DNA of 64,000 bases from Octopus bimaculoides (Eukaryota): assembly GCF_001194135.2 (NCBI RefSeq), contig NC_068987.1, forward strand, positions 73,749,247 to 73,813,246, read 5' to 3'. The number at the start of each line of letters is the position of its first letter. Within the stretch, counting starts at the first letter, position 1. Below the pieces are notes generated by a model. That model had not been told where the DNA came from. It saw nothing but the letters and a program-made list of their open reading frames with translations, and searched no databases. The translations under genes and the position numbers were made by a program. Shown piece by piece: positions 12,501-27,049 of the stretch.

Positions 12501-13849
12501 TTCAGTTTTTTCCTGAAATTTTCAAATTGTAAAGTTAAATTATGGTCACCCTGTACACACACACACGCACACACGTAATATATACCGTTGACGTCAGATC
12601 TACTAACGGTTATTTTAAAATACTTAATAGCGTTCTGTTTATCACTTATGCAGTCACCAAAATTGTTAAACTGTCTTGTTGGTGAGATTGGTTCTCTTTC
12701 TTTCCCGATGAGAAGATTACATTATTTTACACCGTTTATTACTATGGAATAAAACTAATGTTGTCTTCGAAACATATGTCGAAAGTAAAGGAATTTGAAT
12801 AACATCTGCGTTTAACTCCATTTATTTACTTATACTATACAAATTACTGCACATTAACCCGGAGTTTCTACCTTTGAATAGGTCACNNNNNNNNNNNNNN
12901 NNNNNNNNNNNNNNNNNNNNNNNNNNNNNNNNNNNNNNNNNNNNNNNNNNNNNNNNNNNNNNNNNNNNNNNNNNNNNNNNNNNNNNNNNNNNNNNNNNNN
13001 NNNNNNNNNNNNNNNNNNNNNNNNNNNNNNNNNNNNNNNNNNNNNNNNNNNNNNNNNNNNNNNNNNNNNNNNNNNNNNNNNNNNNNNNNNNNNNNNNNNN
13101 NNNNNNNNNNNNNNNNNNNNNNNNNNNNNNNNNNNNNNNNNNNNNNNNNNNNNNNNNNNNNNNNNNNNNNNNNNNNNNNNNNNNNNNNNNNNNNNNNNNN
13201 NNNNNNNNNNNNNNNNNNNNNNNNNNNNNNNNNNNNNNNNNNNNNNNNNNNNNNNNNNNNNNNNNNNNNNNNNNNNNNNNNNNNNNNNNNNNNNNNNNNN
13301 NNNNNNNNNNNNNNNNNNNNNNNNNNNNNNNNNNNNNNNNNNNNNNNNNNNNNNNNNNNNNNNNNNNNNNNNNNNNNNNNNNNNNNNNNNNNNNNNNNNN
13401 NNNNNNNNNNNNNNNNNNNNNNNNNNNNNNNNNNNNNNNNNNNNNNNNNNNNNNNNNNNNNNNNNNNNNNNNNNNNNNNNNNNNNNNNNNNNNNNNNNNN
13501 NNNNNNNNNNNNNNNNNNNNNNNNNNNNNNNNNNNNNNNNNNNNNNNNNNNNNNNNNNNNNNNNNNNNNNNNNNNNNNNNNNNNNNNNNNNNNNNNNNNN
13601 NNNNNNNNNNNNNNNNNNNNNNNNNATATATAGGCATACATGCACACATACATACATACACGCATGCATGCACAAGCACACATACACATACATATTGTAC
13701 TAATCTGAAGGATACCCACTCTGATGTCGAAATCATGTGATTTGTGGAAACGTGCGTAGCGATGTATTAAATATTTATAAATTCCATCCTAGAATTATTG
13801 TTATTATTATATTTATCCTATATTATATCGGTATAACCGTGATGCAACC

Positions 13850-14065
13850 CCGAAAAACTGACAGACCAGTCAGTATTATTAGACGGTAGCTGGCATAATG
13901 AAATAGGAGCTTGGCACCGGTGACGTAACAGCTCATTCCTTTAAGACGAGCAAGATGAAATGAAATGCCTTGCTCAAGAATACAACATACAGCCTGATTC
14001 GAGAATCGAACTCATAGCTTAACAATTAAAAACCCGACGCTCTGATCACTGAGCCATACGCCTTC
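13850..14065 (-). mobile_element. SINE family B
   Basis: gagaatcgaactc...ctctgatcactgagccatacgcc reverse head plus cttgctcaagaa segment. Confidence 0.75.
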
Positions 14066-14399
14066 TCACACACACAGAGGCACACACACACACACACATA
14101 CACACACACAGACACAGAATTTTACGCACATGAATGAATAAAATAAAACTGCAATACTGTACACTGCCCACACTAGATAACACAAAACTATTCCGTACTA
14201 AGCTATACATTATACTAATCCATACTAAAGCACATTATACCACAGCATACAAACATCACATTAGAGTACTTTAGAGTACACCACCACGACGCCGCTCCGA
14301 AATACCAAGGCGAAGACCTCACACATGGAATTGCGGAGAAATATTTAGAAAGATCTAATGCATCTTTTGGCCTGCAGCGACTGATTTGCTTCGGAATTA

Positions 14400-14708
14400 A
14401 TGTTGGTGTATTGGTGTGATGGTAAGTTACCGTGGAATGGTAGTGTAGAACTATAAAGATTTGGTGGTATGATGCAGTGGTGGTGGTGGTGGTGGTGGTG
14501 AAGTGATATCATCGTAATGAGGTGGTATGATAATATGATAATGCAGTAGTTGTGATAATATGATAATGTGGTTATATAATGAGTTTGTGGTAGTGGTAGT
14601 GGTAGTAGTCTGATGTGGTGGTATGGTGATATGATAGTGTGGTAGTATATGTGCGACAGTATATGTGTTTATATATATAGATATGCATGTGTGTATATTT
14701 GAAGAGTG

Positions 14709-14787
<79 letters not shown>

Positions 14788-15128
14788 NNNNNNNNNNNNN
14801 NNNNNNNNNNNNNNNNNNNNNNNNNNNNNNNNNNNNNNNNNNNNNNNNNNNNNNNNNNNNNNNNNNNNNNNNNNNNNNNNNNNNNNNNNNNNNNNNNNNN
14901 NNNNNNNNNNNNNNNNNNNNNNNNNNNNNNNNNNNNNNNNNNNNNNNNNNNNNNNNNNNNNNNNNNNNNNNNNNNNNNNNNNNNNNNNNNNNNNNNNNNN
15001 NNNNNNNNNNNNNNNNNNNNNNNNNNNNNNNNNNNNNNNNNNNNNNNNNNNNNNNNNNNNNNNNNNNNNNNNNNNNNNNNNNNNNNNNNNNNNNNNNNNN
15101 NNNNNNNNNNNNNNNNNNNNNNNNNNNN

Positions 15129-15182
<54 letters not shown>

Positions 15183-15230
15183 ATAGCGGTGGTGATTGAT
15201 GGTAGTGATGGTAGTGATTACGGTGACGGG

Positions 15231-15263
<33 letters not shown>

Positions 15264-16000
15264 GGTGGTAGTGTGTGTGTATGTGTGTGTACGTGTGCGT
15301 GTGTATGTGTGTGTGTATGTGTGTGTATGTGTGTGTGTATGTGTGTGTGTGTATGTGTGTGTGCGTGTATATGTGTGTGTATGTGTGTGTGTGTGTATGT
15401 GTGTGTATGTATGTGTGTGTGTGTGTATGTGTGTGTATGTATGTGTGTGTGTGTGTATGTGTGTGTGTATGTGTGTGTGTGTATGTGTGGGTATGTGTGT
15501 GTGTGTGTGTGTATGTGTGTGTGTATATGGTGAGGGTGAGGGTATTAAGTACTGTCGAGTGTATGAGAGAAGGTGTTGGTAGTTTTAGTTTTCTAGACAA
15601 GAGTAAACAGTAAGAATAGGCTAAAGAGGGTGGCAGGAAAATTAGTGGAATTGTTGGTTAGATTTCTGGAATGTTCTTGGAGAATTAGTGGAGTGTAGTG
15701 GAGTGGTGGTGGTGGTGGTGGTGGTGGTGGCGGGGAAACGGAGGGGAATAAGACAGATGAGGAGGTTTAAGAAAATAGGGACGGAGAAGGGAGAGAGTTA
15801 GGAAGGGAAGGTCGAGGAAGGGAGAATCGTAATGAAGAAGAAAGTAAAAGTCCGAGAGGAAGAATTAAAAGATGAGGGAAAGAAAACAAAAGTAAAGAGA
15901 GAAGGAAAGAGAGGGGAGGGAAAAGGAAGAGAGAAGAAAGAGATAGAGGTATTGGAGGAACATAAGAGCTGGGGGAAATTTTGGGAGTCGTTAATATAAT
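14400..16000. repeat. Compound microsatellite / low-complexity block: (GGT)n, (GA)n, (GT/GTAT)n, purine tract
   Basis: Directly visible; includes gap 14788-15128. Confidence 0.95.
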
Positions 16001-16004
16001 CATT

Positions 16005-16225
16005 GACTGAGGGCGGGCGATTTGGCAGAGTCGTTACTGCGCCGGGTTAAATGCTTAGCGGCATTTTGTCCGTCTTTACGTTCTGAGTTCAAATTGCGCC
16101 GAGGTCGACTTTGCCTTTCATCCCTTTTGAGGTCGATAAAATAAGCACCAGCTGAGCACTGGGGCCGATTTAATCGATTTATCTTCGCCCCAAAGTTGCT
16201 GGCCTTGCACCAAAATTTGCAACCG
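16005..16225 (+). mobile_element. SINE family A, full length
   Basis: ggcgggcgatttggcagagtcgttac...ttctgagttcaaattgcgccgaggtcgactttgcctttcatcc. Confidence 0.85.
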
Positions 16226-18341
16226 ACATAATCATAAACTGTGGACATCGTTGGTTATTTACTGCGTGAAGGGGTGTTTCTCTTGCATATGTCAGAAATG
16301 TGTTACTTCTTTACCGCATCTACCTCACAGATGTACAATAACTATATCAGACTTGTATTACAACTCTGTTATAATTGTCTCATAATTATACCAGAGCTGN
16401 NNNNNNNNNNNNNNNNNNNNNNNNNNNNNNNNNNNNNNNNNNNNNNNNNNNNNNNNNNNNNNNNNNNNNNNNNNNNNNNNNNNNNNNNNNNNNNNNNNNN
16501 NNNNNNNNNNNNNNNNNNNNNNNNNNNNNNNNNNNNNNNNNNNNNNNNNNNNNNNNNNNNNNNNNNNNNNNNNNNNNNNNNNNNNNNNNNNNNNNNNNNN
16601 NNNNNNNNNNNNNNNNNNNNNNNNNNNNNNNNNNNNNNNNNNNNNNNNNNNNNNNNNNNNNNNNNNNNNNNNNNNNNNNNNNNNNNNNNNNNNNNNNNNN
16701 NNNNNNNNNNNNNNNNNNNNNNNNNNNNNNNNNNNNNNNNNNNNNNNNNNNNNNNNNNNNNNNNNNNNNNNNNNNNNNNNNNNNNNNNNNNNNNNNNNNN
16801 NNNNNNNNNNNNNNNNNNNNNNNNNNNNNNNNNNNNNNNNNNNNNNNNNNNNNNNNNNNNNNNNNNNNNNNNNNNNNNNNNNNNNNNNNNNNNNNNNNNN
16901 NNNNNNNNNNNNNNNNNNNNNNNNNNNNNNNNNNNNNNNNNNNNNNNNNNNNNNNNNNNNNNNNNNNNNNNNNNNNNNNNNNNNNNNNNNNNNNNNNNNN
17001 NNNNNNNNNNNNNNNNNNNNNNNNNNNNNNNNNNNNNNNNNNNNNNNNNNNNNNNNNNNNNNNNNNNNNNNNNNNNNNNNNNNNNNNNNNNNNNNNNNNN
17101 NNNNNNNNNNNNNNNNNNNNNNNNNNNNNNNNNNNNNNNNNNNNNNNNNNNNNNNNNNNNNNNNNNNNNNNNNNNNNNNNNNNNNNNNNNNNNNNNNNNN
17201 NNNNNNNNNNNNNNNNNNNNNNNNNNNNNNNNNNNNNNNNNNNNNNNNNNNNNNNNNNNNNNNNNNNNNNNNNNNNNNNNNNNNTATCATAACATCGCAG
17301 CTTTACCACAAGAACATCACAAATATAACATTCTTTATCACGTTTGTATGACAACTACATCACAAATTAATCATAATTACATTACAGCTGTATAACAACA
17401 TTATACCTAGTTCATAACTACATCACAACTCTACCAATATTATCACAACTGTATTTTAACTATAACACAGCCTATAACATGGCTGTGCTTAAACTGTCGC
17501 AAATGTATTACATCATATCAGATCAATACTGTATCACATCTTAGCAGCACCATAACATTATAGCAGTATTACGATTGTCTTTGAACATTAATCTCTGTTT
17601 CCCGCCCATTTCATCTGTCCATCTTTCCTCCCATCAATCACTTCCTTCTCCAGTACCTCATTATATTATCATTTATCCACCTCCTACCCTCTGCTTTTAC
17701 CTATCAAACATCAAACAATTAAGCGTTTTGCCTCTGGTGGTGAACTGATCAGTAAAAGGGAGAGAATATCTTCTCGCTTATGCAAAGTTGAAGAATAGGC
17801 AAATTTAACTTTTAATCTAAACTTCTAATTTTTTTTCTTTTTCCTACACAAAATAGAATAAAGTTCCTAATGTCTTTTTGTGGTAGATAGCCACGTATAC
17901 TGCTGTTTCATCTTTCTTTGGAATCGCCAGCACGGCATAATAAAAGACACACATTTATTAAGCTAAATTCAATATTCTACGAAACTTCAAAAAAAAAAAA
18001 AATAAGGAAAAATAAAGAGAGAATGTAGAAGATAGATAATAGGTTAAAAGATATATTTCATCTTCTCTTTTTAATTTTTAGTTTTCTGTATAATGCTCTA
18101 AATTTTCCAATATTTCCTTGTAACTCATCTTTTCAAAATAAACCCAATACTCTTTCATTGGTTCAATATATCTCTACCTACAGGTTACCTCCTCAAGATA
18201 CAGCCAAACAGAAACTCGAGAGATAAAGAGGGAACATAGGTGTGTGTATATATATGTGTGTGTGTATATGAGGTGTGAACTCACCTCACGTCACACGGAT
18301 CCTGGTTACCTTTCACGCCGGTCAACCCTCACCCGGCGACG

Positions 18342-18510
18342 ATGAGGTCTCGTCTCACTGCTGTTATCGGCGGCGGCAGTGGAAGTAGTCATCATCGTAG
18401 TCTCCGTGGTGGCGGTGGCGGTATTATAATAGTGATGGCGGTGATTGTTACCATGCTGACCTCGGCATTGACTCTGTCCGCCAACCAGACGAACACGAGT
18501 TCGACCGTCG
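18342..18510 (+). CDS. Exon 1 (signal peptide) of an ionotropic glutamate receptor-family gene (IR25a/IR8a-like)
   Basis: ATG 18342; MRSRL...IIIVMAVIVTMLTSALTLS-ANQTNTSSTV; hydrophobic signal segment and two N-glycosylation sequons; consensus donor G|GTGAGT at 18511, phase 1. Confidence 0.75.
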
Positions 18511-18544
18511 GTGAGTATCAACACTTTCTTTTGTAGATCATTGC

Positions 18545-18561
18545 AGTTGTCGTCGGCGTCG

Positions 18562-18624
<63 letters not shown>

Positions 18625-18862
18625 GTAGCAGCAGCAACAACAGCAACAGCAGCTGTGGTTGCATCTCTAGTAGCAACATTACAACCATCATCATCATCAT
18701 CATCATCATCATCACCACCACCACCACCACCACCAGCGTTATCATCATCAATGACAACAACAACTACAACAACAACTACAACAACAATAACACCAATAAC
18801 AACAACATCAACATCATCATCATCACCATCATCATCATCACCATCATCACCACCACCACCAC

Positions 18863-18903
<41 letters not shown>

Positions 18904-18990
18904 TCATCATCATCAATGACAACAACAACAATAACACCAATAAGAACAACATCAACATCATCATCAACACCATCATCACCGTCCTCATAC
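18545..18990. repeat. Compound trinucleotide array (CAT/CAC/CAG/ACA) with an internal direct duplication
   Basis: cagcgt(t/c)atcatcatcaatgacaacaacaac...aataacaccaataa occurs twice (~18735 and ~18898). Confidence 0.85.
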
Positions 18991-19234
18991 TAAGGCAAAC
19001 CTTGAATTCCGCAAACTGTGTACCACAAGGACCTATCCTCTCGTCCATTCCATTTGATTTACAACATATGTGTCTCAGCCTTCCACCATTCTCTAATCCT
19101 ATTTCAAGCGCCTAGAAAATTAAGTTCTTAGTTTTTGAAAGTATGAAAATACTGAAGATTTAGTTTTTGAAAATACCAAGGAGTAAAATAACAGTGCAGT
19201 GCTAGAAAAGAAGGGAAAACAAGAAAGATTATGA

Positions 19235-19270
19235 TACGAGGTGGTGGCCTGAAAAGTTCCTGGCTTTAGG
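19235..19270 (+). mobile_element. Mariner-type TIR fragment
   Basis: tacgaggtggtggcctgaaaagttcctggcttt, similar to the TIRs of the MITE at 49337. Confidence 0.65.
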
Positions 19271-19494
19271 TAAAAGAAAATACAAGAGGATCGGTCAATT
19301 ATAACTAGTGGGACCCGTGAATATTTCACGGAATTAATGGTGAACTCATTGTTTTGTTCTTTTCCTGAAAACATTATCCAAAAACCCTGGAGGCGTAGCC
19401 TGTGTTGTGTCTGTATCGATAGATCGTCGCTCATTTGCTAATCATTGAAAAGTGGAAGAAATTAGAATACAATTATTACTTAATGCACTTTATA

Positions 19495-19621
19495 CAGGGC
19501 GTCCACAAGGTCTCGGTACATGGAGTAAATAAAATCATAACATAAACAATTAAATATAACAAACAATAATTTCTTAAAGTATGTGTTAATCTCCATGTAC
19601 CCAGACTTTGCGGACACCCTG
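19495..19621. mobile_element. Tc1/mariner MITE with TA target duplication
   Basis: TA-cagggcgtccacaaggtctcggtacatggag ... ctccatgtacccagactttgcggacaccctg-TA; ~31-bp TIRs. Confidence 0.9.
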
Positions 19622-20854
19622 TATATACACTTTATGCACAATTTTATAGACTTAATACACAACACTCTCCCGCTTTCTCTCTCACTCTTTGCCTTACCTT
19701 CTTTTTCTCTCTTCTTTTTCTTTCGCTCTTCGCTTTTCCCTATAGCTAATCCTGTGAAAGCGTTACAGACGGGCTAAGTTACGGAGAAAAAACCTAGTTT
19801 AAAAAAAATATACATTTCATTCACCACCCCTTCTCCTTCCCCTGTCTACCATTTCTCTCCTCTCTTCTCTCAGGCGCCTGTAGCGGCATTCATTTCCGAA
19901 TCGGAGTGAAATTCCGCCGGGGTCGACTTTGCCTTTCATTCTTTCGGGGTCGATGAATAAGTGCTAGTAAAACACAGGGGTCAATGGGATCGACTAGTCC
20001 CCTCCCCAAATTTCAGGCCTTGTGCCCATTGTAGAAAGGATTATTTACACTACCCTTTTTAGAATCGATATCAAAATGTTTAGAGACTTTCTGCTTATAT
20101 TGTTAAAAGTTACCCGTAACTATGGCTACTACATATAAGAGAATTGAGGTCGTCAGTGGTAGCGTCAAACGTACACGTCAATCCACACCGAGCCAATATA
20201 AAGCAGAACAGTTCATGGTGCTTTAGTCGCATGGGAGGTGCCGTTCATCTTTTCTGTGTCGATTAAATAAATACCAATTGAGCACTGGGATCTATGTAAT
20301 CGACTTGTTCCCTTCCCTCAAAGTTGCAGACCTTTTGCCAAAAATTAGGTGTGATTTATTGCTGACCCCATTTTTTGCACGGAGCTGATTTAGCCGCGCT
20401 ATTTGTGCCATGGTGAATCTGGCAATCGCAAAAGGATAAAAGGAAAAGAAAAAAAAAACTCTCTGTAATTTCCCCTTCCTTTTGTTCCTAAAGCATGTGA
20501 TTATTTTGGTTGATGGTTAATCCAATCTTGTTTGAAGTATTTAGTTACGGCTCTTTATGTTCCCATTTCAAAACCCACCGAGGTCAACTTCGCCTTTCAT
20601 CTTCCCGAGGTCAATAAATAAAATATCAAGCAACTAATAGGTACGATTTAATCGACTATTCGCTTTCCAAACTATGTGGCATTGTGCCAGGGTTATAAAT
20701 TATTATTTCAATGTAATTATGTACCTATTTACTTCTTTGTATTACCATTATATTTCGTTTTTCGTTTGCCTGAATATCAATTTTCGTGTAACCATTAATG
20801 CAGCATGATATGAAATGTTGAATAGATATTGGTTATGTTAGGATTGTAGGATTG

Positions 20855-21200
20855 GGTAAAAGGTAAAGTCCTACTTCGGTCATGAATGGCTACGGGATTG
20901 CACCTAGAAAGTTCCTCTCCGCGGTACAAGTCCGGACAAGGTTCTTTATGGAAGACCAGCAGTCGCGCATGCATATCAGTCTCCCCTCTCCACACCAAAG
21001 ATGTTATCCAAGGGGAAAGCAAAGGCCGATACAGCTTGGCACCAGTGACATCACAACTCATTTCTACAGATGAGTGAACTGGAACAACATAAAACAAAGT
21101 GTCTTGCTCAAGAGCACAACACTCAGCTCGGTCTGGGATTTGAACTCACTGCCTTATGATTGTGAGCCCGACGCTCTAACCACTGAGCCATGCGCTTTCC
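20855..21200 (-). mobile_element. SINE family B, full length
   Basis: Homologous to 613-963; reverse head gggatttgaactc...ctctaaccactgagccatgcgc. Confidence 0.85.
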
Positions 21201-22654
21201 AATTTCATAAAAAGTAGCATAAAATTTTGAAAGAGGATTGCATTGGGGTAGAAAGAAGCTCCGAATAGAAATTTTATGGGTAAACCTTCCGATATATGTA
21301 AAATTAGAGTGTAAATCACGTAGTTAATAATTTAATGTGCCATTTCAGAATATTTCTCTTTAAGAAATAAAAATAAACCAAACATTTGTTTCACTAACCC
21401 CTTATATTTTGATGGTTACATATTTTGAAGGCTGCTTTTCATCTTTTCGGGATCGATAAAATAAGCACCAGCTGGACATTGTGACCAACATATTTGATTT
21501 TGTCCTTCCTCTCAAAATTGCTGGCCTCTGGATATAGCAGAGAAAGTTATTAGAAACAATATAAGCAAAATAAAATATTTTTTGGTTGTTCCTCGAAACG
21601 CTGGAATTTTTTCAATCGTTTCGGTATTAAGTTGACAAGCCACGGTTTCTAGACTTGACCCAAACTTGCGGATTAATTTTCAGGACTTTCATTTGAGGCC
21701 ACTTGATATACTAAAGCTCTATTTCTTATAGTTAAGTATTCTATTGAATTGCATATTAAATTGTTAACGCATATTACAAAGGTAATGAGCTGGCAAAAAT
21801 GTTAGCGTTTTTGGACAAAATGCTAACTGACGTTTCTTCTGGCGGTTTACATTCTGAGTTCAAATCTATAATTTGCTCGTAGTAGTTATTACCATTAATG
21901 GTTTTATTCAGCACATCTGTTGGTGAGCTATAAGCTAGACAAAGGAGATTAGGAATCTCCCTGAAATACTTCCCTGTAGGACTTCTTTTTCTCTGTAGTA
22001 ATGTAGGTATTTATAATAAAGTGTGAAGAATCGACATATTCCTAGAGATAATCAAATGGTGTAACATATTCCGAGGAGGTAATCCAAGGTTTAAGGTGTC
22101 CAAGAATTAAGTATTCCAAAGTATTTGTCGGATGGACGTGGAAGGTCTGCGTGAGCGTGCATCGCTTGTGATTGATTCGGTTATTTATAATTTTGGTATG
22201 GCATGATTGTTACATAGACTTAGTATAGTTGGTTTATTGGTACACATATTCTTCTGTATCTAGTTTAGTTATTTGCTTATACGTATATAGTTGAAGGGTA
22301 GATGTCTCTGGTGATCTTGTTTTTTGGAAATCAATATTTTCCTCTTTAATAACTCTCCAGGAGATCGTTCTGCTCTGTTTACTAATTTCTTTAATGTCTT
22401 CAGCACATATTCATGAATATTGATTAGAAATTGGGAACCTCGATAATTCTAGGAGCTTTTCAGTTGTTATTGACGATAAGATAATCGATAAAATGAATAG
22501 AAAGAAAAGAAATAAAGAAATGGAAGATAATCTAATTACCTGTAAGATCGATATTAATCATCATTAATAATATATCTATTTTCCTTGGTTTGTTACATAC
22601 ACTGAGATTTTCCTTTATCAAGACATGAATTTCTTACATTATTATTGTTATTGC

Positions 22655-23620
22655 ATGGGTAGCGAGCTGGCAGAATCGTTAACACAATGAGCAAAAAATG
22701 CTTAGCAGTATTTCGTCCGTCTAAGTTCAGATTCCACCGAGGTCAATTTTTGCCTTTCATTTTTTTCGGGGTCGATAAAATAAGTACCAGTTGAGGACTG
22801 GAGTCGATGTAATTGACTTAACCCTTCCCTGACATTGCTGGCTTTGTAGTATATGATATATATAGTTTTACATATTAATAAAGCATTTTAGGCACTTTAT
22901 CCTTTGTTTTCCACATGCACCCATCGATTTTAATCTCAACAGAAAAAAAAAACTTTGGTCGTTTTGGCTACACATACCAAACACCGTGTGTCTCAAAAAG
23001 ATTAAAATCGTTAGGGCGGCAAGCTAGCAGAATCGTTAGCACATCGGACAAAATGAGTTGAAATTTCGCCGAGGTTTGTTTTGCCTTTCATCTTTTCCAG
23101 GTCACTAAAATAAATATCAATCAAGTACCGGTGTCATGTAATAGACGTTCCCTTCTACCCTCAAATCTGCTGTCCTTGTGTCAAAACTAGAAGAATCAGC
23201 ACGTCGAACGAAATATGTAGTGGCATTTCTTCTGCCTCCTCGCATTGTGAGTTCAAATATCGCCGAGATCAGCTTTGCCTGCTATTCTTTCGGAGTTGAT
23301 AATTACTAGTTGAGCATTGGGGTCGATATTATTGACCTGCCCGTCCCCCTAAAATTGCTGGCCTGGTACCTAAACTTGAAACGAAAGGTGGTGATCTGGC
23401 AGAGTCATTAGCGCATAGGACAAAATACTTAGCAGCATTTCTTCCGGCTCTTTATGTCCTGAGTTTAAATTCCACCGGGGTTGATTATTTTGTTTTTCAT
23501 CCTTTCGGGATCGATAGAATAAGTACTCGTTAGACTCCAGGGTCGATGTTATGGACTTATCGTCTACCCTAAAATTTTGGGCTTTGTACTAAAATTAGAA
23601 AGAATTATTTTAATTATATT
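22655..23620 (+). mobile_element. Cluster of 4-5 co-oriented SINE A copies, including a head-less unit fused to the preceding tail
   Basis: Heads at ~22660, ~23012 and ~23385; the unit at ~23191 begins aagaatcagcacgtcg directly after the previous tail. Confidence 0.75.
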
Positions 23621-23844
23621 TGTTTTCCTTGGTTTGATAAATAGGCAGAGATATTTTTTGCACAAATATGAATTTATTATATCTTTAAACACTCATAAAT
23701 ATGTTCAAAGTTACCGAAAATGCTGATGGCTTACAATTGTTGTGAGAATACCCTAACAATGTTTACAGAACCTAATATTTTCTCGAAGATCGCTTATTTC
23801 TACTTTGTAGGTAAGTTGTCAATGTTTTTACAGAATTTGTTATA

Positions 23845-24210
23845 CAGAGTGGGGCAAAAGTCAAGTACTAAAACATTTGACATTTTGAGCTGGCAGAATC
23901 GTTAGCACGCTGGACTAAATGCTTAGCGGTATTTCGCTGTCGCTACGTTCTGAGTTCAAACTCTGTCGAGATCGGCTTTCCCTTTCCTCCTTTCGGGGTT
24001 GATGTGATCGACTCACCCACTCCCCACAAATTTCAGGCCTTGTGCCTATAATAGAAAGGATTATTATTCATTCTGTTCATCATATATACAAGTACGTGTG
24101 TAGCTATGATTATTTTATTTATTTTATCTAATTTTAGAAACATTGAAGCATGTCTTTGACAATTCTGGGGCGTATTGAACTTATTTTGTACGTAACTTTT
24201 GCCAACCCTG
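23845..24210. mobile_element. Tc1-type MITE interrupted by a SINE A (23890-24065)
   Basis: TA-cagagtggggcaaaagt ... acttttgccaaccctg-TA. Confidence 0.7.
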
Positions 24211-25249
24211 TAAATTATTCCATTTATGCAAATTATAAAGGGAGTGACAAGCACATCCATTGTCTTCCATAATATTATTTTTCATTCAGAAATTCAGTAA
24301 TGCGTCAGCTCACTTGTACGTAACATTAAGTTATTTAGTATTTCTCTGTCGATAGTTTATACACTATTGTCATTTTTATCAGGGAAGACTATTTTAGAGT
24401 TACCATGTGTTATCTGGTGGTGCATTCGTATACTAATGTACCTTAGTAGTTTTACATCGTCATTTTATAAGGCAGATGAGTGTTCATAAGCATACAAAGG
24501 AAACATTTTTTTTTAACAATCGAAATAGCTGCATTGCTACGTTGCGAAGTTCCAATAGATTTGTTGTTTAAGATAGTTTAAGAAATCTTTGTACAATGTG
24601 TATTATTTTAGATCATTCTCATATATATATGCCTCTTTCCTTCGTTTGTTCACTTACTTGCGCGCGTGCATGTGTGTTTATGCAAGTGAGTGGGCAAACG
24701 AAAGAAAGAGGTACTAAACACATTTTGTAGAAGTACATATACTTATATTTAATAACAGCTTGATTCGGCTCCATATAACATAATCTTCGTATGCTAGTCA
24801 CACAAACGTAGCTCCTCAGGCATAGGCCACCTGAGTGAGTGGACAACTGAGAAGCTAGGTGTGGGCAGAATTTTAAGTATGTAGGCACAGTGTGGATCAA
24901 TGTTTAAGAATTTATCTTCGCAATCTTGAAGTCTCACTTTTGATTCCATGCGTGGTGTCAAGAGCAAGTGTCATTTTCTTTAGCATCGAATTGACACATA
25001 CCTTGTGAGTGAAAACTGTAGAGCGAAACTGTATGTAAACCCGTCGGATGGATTGCAACTGTAATTTAAAGGTCCAGCCTTGTCACGCTGAGGAACACTG
25101 ACTTTACCTGAGAATTACATTGTGGATAATCCAGGCACTTACACTCTTATTCAATGAGCCCGCTGGTTCAGTTGATCGAACAACCGAACACTCATGGTCG
25201 GTAATTCTTAACTAGATCCATTTTACTTTCAGTATATTTTGTAGTGATG

Positions 25250-26500
25250 GCCTCTGTGAGGTTATTGAATTAGCATATGGCCCGATGATCTCATTAAGTT
25301 TCCTATGCATGATATACTGCTTCAGAATATATCTCTGATTTTATCCATTTGGAAAACATTGGCCTTGAACCGCAATTATCAGACTTTTCAGTCCCCTCTT
25401 TCAGCTGCAAAACGCCGAACCAGCTATGCCTCTGTAATCTGTCGTAATATGGTTTATTTACTCGAATTGTCTGTATACACTTTCTTGGTTGCACTTTGAT
25501 CCAATCCTTGATACAGCAAAAATAAATAACCTTCCAAACTTCAGTTTTCTCTAATGCGGTCATATTAGATCTCTCGACCATGATTAAACTCTTAGTTTAT
25601 TCAGAGAAATCCAATAGTATCTTGCAGCCTCTTACTCGTGGTTCTACTATTTTTCTTATACATTGAACCCAAACTTATTCACTACTTTCTAGTGTATTCT
25701 TTTTCTTACCGCCATCATACCTTATTTTATATTATTTAAGTGACATCTTGCTGCATTCACACAATCTTTGGTTGAATAGGTTTATCTATTTCGTCGCACA
25801 TCCGTCATTTACTATTTTACTTTCCATTTACTATTTTCCCAACAGCTGTCTATGCACATAAAAAGAAATCTTCTAATCACATGTATATTCACAGCCAGTA
25901 ATTTCTATTTTACTCATTAGTTCTTCATCTTTAATCCAAACTCATTGTTCTTCTGCCATATCTTCTTGTTTGCCTGGTAAACTAACAAACCAACCAGTTT
26001 TCCATCTTTCTTTTTCTTTGTTGCCTTTTCTTCTACATATTCACCATTAATCTTTCTGGCTACACACGTTTCTGGATATGCCTCTTAAAGGCCTACAATT
26101 AGCAACTGTTCTATGCATATTACATCGAGTAGTTTTTAGCTCTTGCCTTTCTATATACATTGCTTTATGGATGGAATTCATTTATTGCTAACAGCTTTCT
26201 GTTTCTATTAATTTAATCAAATTCCTTCTTTGTCCACCGAAGAAAGGTTGCAGAATATATCTATACTGGTATTTTTTCTTGGTGTTGATGACTTATATTA
26301 TAGTGTTTTGTTTTTTTAATATTCACTTCTGCTTCTAGGATTTTTCTGTCCTTATATTTTTTCCTATCTTTATCTCTCCTTTCTGTTTCACTTCATCTTG
26401 CAACAATCTCTAGATATTAAAACCCTCGCTCTCCTTCAGAAACTCTATTACTTGATTATTCCTTATTATATTTAAAGTAATGCCGTCATCTGGTTGTTAT
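25250..26500 (-). mobile_element. Highly degenerate LINE (EN/RT) remnant
   Basis: Minus-strand DYRGIA (NYRGISL-like) near 25420-25440 and A-rich minus-strand composition; weak. Confidence 0.4.
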
Positions 26501-27049
26501 ACACACATCTTCAGCCAACGTCTTGGTTGTTATACTCATAACATATATATATACATATTCAGATAAAATCCAGGCTACATATGTTTCATAGCTAACAGAA
26601 CTTCGGAAGTAGTAATATCCAAACGAGGGTAGACTGTTAGCTACTCGTCAGGTCAAAAATACCTTAGGCAAATGAAAGTTACATTGTCGTCAAGGGATCC
26701 TATGTTAACTCGCGGAAGATTTGATCGAAAATGCGTGGAAAGCACTGAGTGAGAGAACAAAAGGGAAAACTTATTTGCGAAGAAATAATATATAGGAGTG
26801 AGCAAATGTCTAGTACTGAGTGGAAATATTTATCCCTAAACTCCCATATCGGCCTTTTGGTGCAAAATGCACTCTTGCTTATATCACTAGTCAATGACAA
26901 GAGCAAACAAGATCAATATCACGTGATCTGGTAGTCTCGGCCCTAGAGTTAGTGGGGTTTATCAGCAAGAGTACATTCTGCACCAGAAAGCTTGTATGAG
27001 AGTAACTACTGCAGTAAAGTTTGTTCTTAGAACATCCACATTTAAGTGG

